Assembly: GCA_013416795.1 (NCBI GenBank)
Contig: RQSC01000397.1
Span: forward strand, 1 to 64,000
Source of the DNA: Prasinococcaceae sp. CCMP 1430
Taxonomy: Eukaryota > Plantae > Prasinodermophyta
Length of the DNA: 64,000 nt
Direction: 5' to 3'
Positions 1 to 10,800 of this stretch are shown here, piece after piece. The number at the start of each line of letters is the position of its first letter. Position 1 is the stretch's first letter. The position numbers were made by a program, and so were the translations under genes. The notes under the pieces were generated by a model. That model was not told the origin of the DNA. It worked only from the letters and a program-made list of their open reading frames with translations, and made no database searches.

Positions 1-162
1 GGTGGTACTGCCGATGCACCGTGGCGACTCGGCGCACACAACCCGTGTCGCCCTTCCCTGGCCACAAAGCCCCGCCGCGCGCGCGCGGCGGGGCTTTGTG
101 GCCAGGGAAGGGCGACACGGGTTGTGTGCGCCGAGTCGCCACGGTGCATCGGCAGTACCACC
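1..162. repeat. Perfect palindrome with 81 bp arms and no spacer, centred on a (GC)n tract; may extend beyond the window start
   Basis: Bases 1-81 are the exact reverse complement of 82-162 (ggtggtactgccgatgcacc... / ...ggtgcatcggcagtaccacc). Confidence 0.95.
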
Positions 163-744
163 GTCGGAGGTACGGTACCATCATCAGGATGGTACACCGG
201 GCAGTGCTGCCGACCCCGGGGTGGGTCCGCTCGAACTCGCCGAGGCCCATCGGGGATGGGTGGCGCGAGGTCAAACCCGGGAAGACGGGAGGGTCTGCGG
301 GATACCAGCGGGGTCTGACCGGGGAGGCGCCGGAGAAGACCCGGGGTCGGGTGCCAACACCCGCCAACCAGGAGCAGCGACGAAGCGCGACGCCACCGCC
401 TCGAGCGAGCGGGGAAAAAAAAAAAAGCCTGAGGGCGCGGTGGCGGTTTTTGGTGGTGCGGTGTTTGGTGTCTGTGTGTGGGTGGGGTTGGACCGCCATC
501 CGTCGCCGCTCTCTAGATAGTGACTACGCGCGCTGGCTGTTATTCTTTGGTCGAACAAGTCCGGACGCCGCGGCGCAGGCCCGCCCAGACGCTGCCTCAT
601 CTCCTTTCCGCCGGGCCGGTCAGACGAGGTCGAGGGCCGCGAGCGCAAGAGTCAAAAGGTTACGAGGTGGAGCTGCGGCGCTGTGCATGTGTCCAGCGCC
701 GACCGCCGTCGACAGACCGATGAAGCCTGCCCTCGCGCGTGCAG

Positions 745-1396
745 TCAGTCGAGCGTGCGGTCGAAGGCCCACGTGCCGTGGCCCTTGCCAACGCGGTCGA
801 GCTGCGTGACCATGCGCGCCGCCTCGTCGATCGACTCCGCCTGCGGCTCGAGCAGCTCGCCTTCCACGAAGTCGACGAGCTGGCAGTCATCGACGCTGTC
901 CGCGACGGCGTGCAGCTCGAGGAGCTTGTCCATGTTGAGCTTCTCGAGCGACAGGGCGAGCGACGCGGCGTGCAGCGCGTCGCCCTTGTCGGCGTTGTCA
1001 AACTCGGACGGCGGATCTCCGAGCGGTCCGAGGATGACGCGCCCGCCGCGCATCACCTGGTACTCCATCAGCATCTCGGCGTGCTCGCGCTCCTCCGTGC
1101 TCTCCTTCTTGAAGTGCGCAGCAAGGCCGGGCAGTGCCACGTTGTCGCGCGCGAAGTACTGCGACATGGCCAGGTACATCACTGGCGGGCGAGGTCCGGT
1201 CGGCAAATACGCACCGCAGAAGGGACAACAGCGCAGGGGCGTCAGTCGCATGGATGAGGAACGTCAAGGGAACCGCGTGCCTGCCCGCTACATTTGCTTT
1301 CCCGCGCTATCCTAGCAGNGCAGGCGGCGCGTGCGGCCTGCCCGTTGGCGATCGCCATGCGCGCGCGCTCACGGTGAGGGGCGCGGTCGCCGCCAT
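745..1396 (-). CDS. Ferritin (plant/algal type); last exon 745-1182, upstream exon(s) disrupted by the N at 1319, putative start ATG at 1396
   Basis: [48 protein letters not shown]...LALSLEK...[14 protein letters not shown] matches plant ferritins, including ferroxidase residues. A ccgccag acceptor precedes the exon. The 5' end is uncertain. Confidence 0.93.
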
Positions 1397-1628
1397 ATCT
1401 GCGCCCCTCCGCTCCCTCCTTCCGCTGGACGCGCTCGCCCGCCGTCGCAGACGCACGCGTGGCGCCTCCGGCCCCCCTGACGGGTACACAGTGTACGAAA
1501 AGTGACGCACCAAGTTGGCCGCGATTAAAAATATCTGGGGCCTGGGGGAAAGGTGGCTTCGCCCAAGGGGCACAAATTAAAAGACGGACGCGTGTCAAGG
1601 ACGCAATCGATGCAATCAAATTTGGAGC

Positions 1629-1653
1629 AAACCCTAACTATACTAAACCCTAA
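1629..1653 (+). repeat. Paired interstitial telomere motifs (telo-box AAACCCTAA x2)
   Basis: aaaccctaa-ctatact-aaaccctaa in an AT-rich intergenic patch. Confidence 0.7.
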
Positions 1654-1737
1654 GAGCAGCTCGTCGTGCGGAGTTGAGTGCGCACGCCTCGAGCGAGCGA
1701 CGTCGAGCGCACCGGTTGTGGTGACCTCGAGCTCGCG

Positions 1738-4700
1738 TCACCGGCCACGCCACGCGCGCAGGCGCAGCACAATGAGCGTGGCGCCCCACGCCGCGGCGAG
1801 CATCACGGCCAGGCCGACGAGATCAGCGCGCATGCCCAGCGGATCGAAGCCGAACGTGCGCAGGATGGTGTCCCCGCTCACGACCTGGTAAAGCTCCGCA
1901 GGAGCTGGAAGCGCGTGCAGGGGCGGCGCGAGGCGCGGCGGTCAGCGCGTTGAGCGGGTCGCGAGGTTGCGCCACTGCTGCTTGCTCGCGCGCCCTGCCC
2001 ACGCACTGCGCGCGCAAGGTGCCCGCGCGGCAGCGTTCGCGCCAGCCTCGCACCCTTGTACGACGAGAAGTGCCAGCCCTGCGTCCCGTGGAACTCGTTG
2101 ATGAGCAAGGCCTCGTAGCCGTACCGAAAGTACGAGCAGTGGCCGAGCACGCGAACGATCGCCGGCGCGTCGCCCTCCTCTTGACTCAGAACGAGACCGC
2201 CAAAGAGCACGCTCGCGAGGATCCACAACGCACCGGCGACGTTGGCAACCGCAGGCGACGACGCAGCCGCACCGATCATCATGCTGCATGCGGACGCTGC
2301 GGTGTTGAGGAGGGCAACGACAATTGTGAAGACGGCCACGCGCCGGCCGGATGGCAGCAGGTCCACCAAGAAGTGCGCAGACAGAGCGAAGAAGCAGGGC
2401 GGCACCAACCGCAAGACGAGCGTGTCGACCAGCACGGACGACAAAAAGTACGCCAAGGTGCCGTACGACCCCCCAGCCCGCTCGTGTATGAAGAGCCTGC
2501 GCTCCTCGTGCCAAAGAGGGAGCGAGCTCAGGCTCATCAGCGCAAAATACAGCGCCACGAAGAAGATGCACCCGAGGCGGTTCTGGATGCCGGGCGCGTC
2601 GATGCCTGCGCGCTCGAAGGTTACTCCGATCACCGTAGCCATGAGAAAGCTGACAAGAAAGTTCACGGTCAGGAGCAACGGGTGGCGAAGGGTGTTGTAG
2701 AAGGCCCTCCAAAGAAGAAGGCGCAGCTGCAAGCCGAAGGGTGCGAATCTGTGCCTTCGCCGTGCGAACGCCGAGCCACAGCCCCCTGGAGGCACCACCC
2801 CCGTGCCAACGCGGCTCCTCACCGCACCCTCAACGCTCCTTTGAAAGGTGTGCGCGGCTTGCCGAACGAGCTCGTCGACGGTCGCAGGCTCACCATGCAC
2901 GAGCGCGTCGAGCACCCTGTCCGCCACATGCTCGTGCTCGCGCGGCGCGTATGCAGGACCCACCGCCTCGAAGTGCGCGCGCACGTCGCGCGCCGAGCCC
3001 GAGTACACCATCCGCCCGTCACCGCTCAGAATGAGCACGCGGTCGAACAGCTGGAAGGCATCTGCGCGCGGCTGGTGAATGCTCATCACACTGGTGACGC
3101 CACCCTCCCCGAGAGCGCTCAGGATCCCCAGCACGCGGGTGCTATTGCTCGAGTCGAGGCCGCTGGTCGGCTCGTCGAGAAAGAGCAGGCCCGGCTGCGT
3201 CAGCAGCTCCGCAGCGATGCTCACACGACGTCGCTCGCCGCCGGACAACCCGCGGCGGCTCGCGCTGCCAATCGTCCCACCGGCCACCTTCTGCAGGCCC
3301 AGGCGGGTCACCAGCTCGCACACCCGCCGCTCGCGCTGCTCGCGCCCCATTTGGCGCGGCAGCCGCAGAGCGGCGTGAAACAGCAGATACTCGAGCACCG
3401 TCGAGGTCGACGGCAGCGCATCCTCCTGCGGCACGTAGCCTGATATGCTGCGAAGCGCCTCGGCGCTTGCGATCTGGCCGTTCACACGCACCGTGCCGCG
3501 AACGCAACGGCCCCACAACCTGCCCGACAGAACGTCTAGGAGCGTCGACTTGCCGGCACCCGATGGACCGAGGATCGCGCAGAGCCCCGTCGACTCCGCA
3601 CACGAGTGCGCGGCCACGCCGGAGACATCGCGCAAAATTGGCGTGTCCCCCTTCGTGGTCACGTCGACGACGCCGACCTCCCTCCATGTCAGGCTCAAGG
3701 CGCTTCGGTCGCGCCGAGGAGGCACGTCGACGCTATGTTCGGCCGCCTCGTCTCCGGCTCGCGGGTCGTCGCTTCGGATGCCCTCGCATTCGTCGAGGAG
3801 GAAATCGCTTGAGTTGCCCCCGTATTCACCCAGAAGATGTCGGTCTACGTCCTCGCGGCTAGACCTTCCGTCGTTTCGAATGCTCATCAAGCGAGCCCAC
3901 GTGTCGGACATCAGCCCGTTGGAGCTCCGCGACTGGGTGTTCAGAAGGCGCAGCTTTGTGTACGCGACGATGCCACCCACGGCGCACACCGCCAACAGGA
4001 GGCACACGTCCAGCGATGCGTTGCTCGCATCTAGCCCGAACTGACTCAGCACACTGTCACCGTCGACGGTGAGCGGCGGCAGCGGCTTGTCGCCCGGATC
4101 GGTGGTGTTTGGAACCACGAAAGTCCACTTCGCTGGAGTGTCATGAAAGTCGTTGGCGGCGAGGAGCTCAAACGCGTAATTGACGAAGGACAAATAGCTC
4201 AACCATCGTACGAGCTCCGGAAGCGAGTGCTTGTTGAGGAGGAAGCCTCCAAACATGAACACAATGATGAACACGTTCGACATAATCAGGTTTGCGGCCC
4301 TTGGGGAGCGGCTCGAGCACGTGACTGCCATGCACAATATCGCTGCGGCTGTGTTCGACGCGAGCAAGATCAGCGCAAAGGCAGCTTGGTGACCATCTGC
4401 GTCGTTGAAGCCGACCGTGCGATAGGTGAAACCAACGAAAAACCAAGCAGGCAAGACACGCAACAGGAGGACGTCGACTGCGAGGCCGCCCAGCACGTAC
4501 TCCAACGTCCCATACACTCCGAGCGCCCTCTCGTGCAAGAAGATGAGGCGATTCTCATGCCAAGACGGCACGCTGCCCATCGTGAGCAGTGACATGTACA
4601 CCAGCACGAAGAAGAAGGCTCCCAAGCGATCTTGCATGCCCGCAGTCTCCGTGCCAGCGTCGCGATATAGCAGGCCGAGCGCACCAGCAGTCACTGCCGT

Positions 4701-7187
4701 CGCACCATATGTCAAGTAAATGTGAAAGGGGTCGCGAATGCAGTCAACGGTGTCGCGCCAGCACAGCAGGAGCAAACGTCGCAGCCACCATGCCCGCTGG
4801 GGCGGCACGCGGTCTGCCTCCGAGGCCGATGTGTCGACTGTGCAGGGGAGGACCTCCGGCGCGCAGCACAGAGTGGTAAAGTCGTCACGCAAAGCACCGC
4901 GCATGGCCACGCCTGCACGCACGAGCTCCTCCGCGTCATTCGCAGAGCCCCGCACGAGCGCATCGAGCACTCTGTCCGCCACATGCTCGTGCTCGCGCGG
5001 CGCGTATGCAGGACCCACCGCCTCGAAGTGCGCGCGCACGTCGCGCGCCGAGCCCGAGTACACCATCCGCCCGTCACCGCTCAGAATGAGCACGCGGTCG
5101 AACAGCTGGAAGGCATCTGCGCGCGGCTGGTGAATGCTCATCACGCTGGTGACGCCACCCTCCCCGAGAGCGCTCAGGATCCCCAGCACGCGGGTGCTAT
5201 TGCTCGAGTCGAGGCCGCTGGTCGGCTCGTCGAGAAAGAGCAGGCCCGGCTGCGTCAGCAGCTCCGCAGCGATGCTCACACGACGTCGCTCGCCGCCGGA
5301 CAACCCGCGGCGGCTCGCGCTGCCAATCGTCCCACCGGCCACCTTCTGCAGGCCCAGGCGGGTCACCAGCTCGCACACCCGCCGCTCGCGCTGCTCGCGC
5401 CCCATTTGGCGCGGCAGCCGCAGAGCGGCGTGAAACAGCAGATACTCGAGCACCGTCGAGGTCGACGGCAGCGCATCCTCCTGCGGCACGTAGCCTGATA
5501 TGCTGCGAAGCGCCTCGGCGCTTGCGATCTGGCCGTTCACACGCACCGTGCCGCGAACGCAACGGCCCCACAACCTGCCCGACAGAACGTCTAGGAGCGT
5601 CGACTTGCCGGCACCCGATGGACCGAGGATCGCGCAGAGCCCCGTCGACTCCGCACACGAGTGCGCGGCCACGCCGGAGACATCGTGGAGCACGCACGAA
5701 GGCGCCTCCCACGACGACCCCTCGGGAGTATAAGATACATCGTGCCAGCTAAGCGCAAGCATGCTTGCGAACAACCGGGTGGTCGGAAGGCCGGCGGTGG
5801 CAAGCGTGGTGTCGTTGTTTGGGACCAGTGTGAAGCTCTGGGACCGCGCTCCCTCGCCTTCCTGCTGATGTTTTGCCTGCAACGCGTCGTGCCATCTGGT
5901 GCTCAGGGGCGCGAGCAAGAATCCAGCCCCTGTGAGTGCCGCCACCGCGGCGCCAAAGCCATACATGACGGCAGCGTCCAGTACACTCTTGTGTTTGTCA
6001 GCAGGGGGCGCTGGCGGCACGGGGACGGGCGGGGCGTCCTGGTACAAGCAGCCTCCCACGTGGCACGTCATCCCGAGAGATGTAAATTGGCTGAAGACAC
6101 AACGAAACGCGCCGTCCTCCGTTGAAGGATTGGCCTCGCACTCAAGGGTCGATGGGACGCTCGACTGCGGAGTACTCAGCGGGTTGCAGTGATGCTGCCA
6201 GTACTTGTACGTCTTGCCACTGGGCGACTTCGCTGGGGTGCAATCCGTGCAATCGCCGCAGCTAAAGATGTTGTACCCCGGGCATTTGGGAACATCCGCG
6301 GGTGGGCACTGCACCTGCCCTCCCACGCAATGGATAGTGATGCAGCTCTCCGGCGGTGTGCTTTCGCCGCCGCCGTGCCACAAGGGGCTGGCGCACTCGG
6401 TCACACTCAGCGAGCATCCCGTGAAGTCTGCATCCATCACACCCGGGTACGCGTAGTCGTACCGTTCGGGAGGGATCTCCGGGATGACCTGCACTGGGGT
6501 GCCGCCGTACTCCTCGACGCGCAGGACGTGGGTCCCATCGTCTGCGTCAGTTGCGTTAGCGTACGCCATCAGAAACGAGGTCGCCGGCTGGAGGCTGTCG
6601 GGCGAAACGCACACAGTTTCCATCGCCCTGAAGCCTCCGCAGACGCAGCTAAGACGCTTGCCCCCTTCAGACGCGAGCTCCTCCTCTGTTGGCAGCAGCG
6701 TGTCGCTCGTGCAGTTCGTCGCGGCTGTGCCGTCAGGCGACTCAGGACAGGCCGAGGCATCCACACACACCGAGCAGTCTGGGCCGCGCCACCCACCCCC
6801 CGCGGGACACTTGCAGCTCGCGCAGTTCTCCGACGACGACGAGCTGTCCGTGGAGACGAGTGTGCCCCCATGCAAGCACGCCGGCTTGCCGACCTTCATC
6901 GCGTTCGCACAGTTACGAGCAGCCGCGCCGCTGCTGTCACCGCCGCCTTCAACGCCACCGCCGCCGGTCGCATCTGGTGACAGCCACGGCAGAGGCGCTC
7001 CGCCCGCCACCCCCTCACCGCCTGGGTGGCCGCCCCCCGTGGCTGCTCCCGCTCCCCCCAGCGCGAGCGCGAGCGCGAGCGCGAGCGCGAGCGCGAGCGC
7101 GAGCGCGAGCGCGAGCGCCACGCGGCCCCGTATGCGCACGCAACCTCGCGGCGCGCGCGCGCGCGCGGCGCGCGAAGCGCGTGTCAT
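1738..7187 (-). CDS. Full-size ABCG transporter with an N-terminal signal peptide and a Cys-rich/EGF-like extracellular domain (ADP1-like); NBD-TMD-NBD-TMD; intron 1905-2053
   Basis: Two copies each of Walker A GPSGAGKSTL, signature LSGGERRR, Walker B LLFLDEPTSGLD and H-loop SIHQP. Two ABC2 membrane domains (QDRLGAFFF / QNRLGCIFF). EGF-like CLHGG...CKCPAGGGWRGPDC. Splicing the GT..AG intron 2053-1905 restores a last exon (APAELYQVVSGDTILRTFGF...) ending TGA at 1738. Confidence 0.92.
2897..3630. repeat. Internal direct repeat copy A (encodes NBD2 of the ABCG)
   Basis: 734 bp matching 4952-5685 at offset 2055; 3 mismatches seen by eye. Confidence 0.95.
4952..5685. repeat. Internal direct repeat copy B (encodes NBD1 of the ABCG)
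   Basis: Matches 2897-3630; the translated NBDs are identical. Confidence 0.95.
7060..7118. repeat. (AGCGCG)n microsatellite encoding the (AL)n hydrophobic core of the ABCG signal peptide
   Basis: About 9-10 tandem hexamers that translate to ALALAL on the minus strand. Confidence 0.9.
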
Positions 7188-7880
7188 CGGCGCCAAGCGC
7201 GCCTTACCCCGTTCCCCCCCCAACAAGGGGGGGCGTGGGGGCGGGGGGGGGGGGCGGCTGACGCAGTGTGGCACGCGCCCCCCCTGAACGAGCGCACAGA
7301 AGGCCCACGTCCTTCAACCTCCACGCGCCTCGTGCCGTTCGAGCACTGCGCGTGCTTTTCGACGTGATTGTTCACCAGCGCTCTTTCTCTATCGCACCTC
7401 TTCGGCTCTTCCACAGAGTCTGTTTGTCGGTCCGAGAGACAGTCACAGGATTACATTACATTATCACTGCATTAAAAATAATGATTCGTGTGGCCACGGG
7501 CGACCAAGTGGAGCCAGGGTGGCACTCGTCGCACCGCTGCCGATAGGCTCGCGTGGTGCGCACGCGACGATACCACACCCCGCGCGGGGCGCGGGGGTGC
7601 CGCGGGCCACGGGCGGCCACAGAAGGGAGGTGGCCGCTGCGCCGGCGAGGCGGAGCTCTCGCCGCGGCGCGCCGAGCATCGGGCGGCGGGTGAGTGTTAG
7701 GAGCCGAGGTGGTGGTGGTGGGGGGGCTGCAGAGCGACAAGGCGTGTTTTTTTGAGCAGTTCGACTGACGACTGCGGAGCGGGTGCGTGTGCGGGTGGTG
7801 TTCGCCCGCGCCGTGCGCCGCCCGGCGCACCAGAGCCTTCGCAGGGCGGGCGGACCGGCGGGCGCGTGCATTCGGCTGCT

Positions 7881-10800
7881 ATGTTCGAGAAGCAGGTGGC
7901 GTTCCACCTGCAGAAGTACCTTGGGAAATACTGCTACGGTCTCGAAAAGGAATCGCTGCGCCTCTCGGTGCTCAAGGGCGACATCGTACTGCGCGACCTC
8001 GCACTGAAGCCTGAGGCGCTCGACGAATTGCGGCTTCCCATCAAGGTGCGCGCGGGCTATGTAGGGAGCGTCACGCTGAAAGTGCCCTGGGGATCCCTCG
8101 GAAAGAAGCCCGTTGAGGTGCAGCTCGATTCCATCTTTGCCGTTGCGGCACTCGCCGATGCGGATGCAGCTGGCACCGGCGAGACCGACGAAGACCTCGA
8201 GACCGCGGCGCGAAAGAAGCGCCTGAAAGCCGCAGAAGACGCTTGGGTTGGCGCACAGGGCGCAGCAACACAGAGTGGCGACGACAGTGGCGGTGGGGGC
8301 GGCTGGGTGAAGTCATACACCGATACGGTGCTTGGCAATCTCCAACTTTCCATAACAAACGTGCACGTTCGCTTCGAGCACAACCAAGATGGAGGCGCTC
8401 GAGGTGGCTCGCGCTTCGCAGCTGGGCTCCTACTGCGCTCGCTGGAGGCCCACACTGTGGATGAGAGCGGCGAGAAGGCCTTCGTTGCGCGCAACGCGCT
8501 GGGAACCATGCGCAAGCGCATGACGCTCGAAGGGCTCGCCCTCTACCATGACACCGACTCGCTTGCGCTGCAGCCCCCGCGAGGGAAGGCGTGGGACGTG
8601 CTCAGCGCCGACGAATGGCGTCAAATGTTCGGAGTTTCGCCCGTGCACGCAGAGCAGGAAGTGCAGCCAGCGCAACATACGTACGTGCTCTGTCCCATCG
8701 ACCTCGGTGTCCAGTACGTCCAACTTGGCGGCCCCGAGGCCGCCATGAGAGCGCACGGCGAGCCCATGCAGAGCGCAATGATGCATGTGCAAGAGATCGT
8801 CCTACGCATCGATGCGACGCAATACCAAGGAGTTATGCAAGCCATAGAAGCTCTATCTCGCGCGACGGCCGCAGGTGCTAGTGCGTTCGCACATTTGCGA
8901 CCGCTCCGCCGGCCTCGCTACTGCCCCGGTCGCTGGTGGCGGTATGCGTACGAGGTGGTGCGGCGCACGGCGATCCGCAAGCATTCGACGATTCGATGGT
9001 CTTCAGTGAAACGACTGTGCGCATGCCGACGTGAGTACATCCATGCTTACGCGTCCGTGCTGATGGGCGAAGGAAGTGAGAGCGAGGACGCAGCCCGAAC
9101 GGTTGATAGATTGGACACTGAGCTTGAGTACGAAGCTGCACTCTTGTTCCGTTGCCTCGCGCATACCGAGGCAAAGCGTCGCACGCGCAGTAAGCAGCTG
9201 GCGGCGCAGAAGAAAGTAGGCTCTTCCTGGTACTCATGGTGGACTGGCAGTAGCTCCAAGAAGGACGCGGCAGATGCAGAGGCCGCTGCTGCTGACGCAG
9301 CCGATGGTGAGGACGGCAGTATGGGCGAGGAGGAGTGGGCCACGCTGCAGCAGCTCGTCGAAGACAGCAAGTGGAAGCCACCAGCAGCAAGCAGCGAGGC
9401 GGCTGAGGCAGTGCAGATGGCCGTCAAAGTCCACATTGCGAAGCTCGGATTTGACCTTGTGCAAAACGGCACTGGGAAAGCGATGGCGACGCTCATAGAC
9501 GGTCGCATGCTCAATGTTGGCGTCGATGCTACCGTGAGCAACGCCTCAACTGCCGTGCAAGTGTCGGTGGCGCGCTACTTCTTGGGGGATCTGCTTCGAA
9601 GCGGGCAATCTAATACCGCGATCGACGTTCTGGTCGAAATGCCCCCGCCGCACGGGGATGCCGCCGCGAGTGTTGATATGCGATGCCGTGCAGATCTGAC
9701 ATCGCCACTCTTCAGGGTGCAGAGCTCGGAGGTCACCGAACTTGTTGAGTTCTTCAAGTTGCCCTCGGCAGACATCGATCTGTCAACGACTGTGACGGTG
9801 GCCGCAGGGGTGGCAAATCAGGCCGCAATCGAGGCGCAGACGCGTATGCGAAGTGCATTGGCATCTCGCACAAAGCTAGCACTCTCGCTGAACATTGGCG
9901 CGCCCCAGATTCTTGTTCCGAGCATCGAGATGCAGGAGGGCGCAGTCGACGAGCGGAGTATGCTCCTGGTGGACTTTGGTCGTCTCGAGGTGCGCACTGA
10001 CCCCTCGAATGACGAGAACTACGATCACTTTGGTATCACGCTGCGTGGTGCCTGCTTGCACCTCTTGTCTCACAACGAGCCTCTCGATGACGCCTACATT
10101 GATGACTTGGGTGGGACTCACAGCAGCACGCCGATTCTGGAACCTGTCACCGTACACGTCGGCATCGACGTGCAGCACTCGGGTTCCACCGCCGTTGCTG
10201 CTGCAAGGGTCGGTATTGTCCTCGACGACATACGCTTGCATGTGTCACCTGCACGGCTGCGCCAATTGGTATATGTCCGTCAGACGGTGAGCGCAAGCGA
10301 CGGCGACGGCCGGTCGACTGTACACACAGCTGTCACGAAGCCTTGGCGCGAATTCAACACCTTTGACACAAGTGGACGCGTTGCCGTGCGTTCTTACGAT
10401 CGGTGGAAGCAGACGACGACCTGGATACCTGCGTGGGCTGCAATCTCCGGCCCATACCTGGTGTTGTGCGAGGACGAGGATTCTGTGCGCCCGAAGCAAT
10501 GGATATTCCTCGGAGGTGGAAGGGTTGTTTCCGAGGCGGGTTCGAACCTCTGTCGTCGCGACGGTGCTGCAACTATCGTTTTGCACTCCGAGACGATGTC
10601 AGTGAAGGAAGCGCTCGATGCCTTTCAGGACACGAACGTGTGCGCTCTGGAGCTTGACAGCAGTGCCGCGTCAACGTGGGCAGCAGCCCTGCGCCTCGCA
10701 ACGACTGCGAATCGAGGGCTCGGGCTGGCGCAGGTCGCTGCCGCGACTACAGTCTCCGTGCCCGGCAGCTCCGCCGAAAGGAAGCCGGCATTGTATGTTG

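Noticed and set aside
175-200. CTGATGA on the minus strand as a hammerhead ribozyme core
   Set aside because: It sits in a simple hairpin without the stem II-GAAA-stem III arrangement.
745-1500. Iron-responsive element for ferritin
   Set aside because: I saw no convincing CAGUGN stem-loop, and IRE control is not a green-lineage feature.
1950-6980. Long plus-strand ORFs antisense to the ABCG, and similar shadow ORFs across the window (e.g. 46901-48328, 32067-33410)
   Set aside because: These are expected in GC-rich DNA opposite real genes, and they show no recognisable domains.
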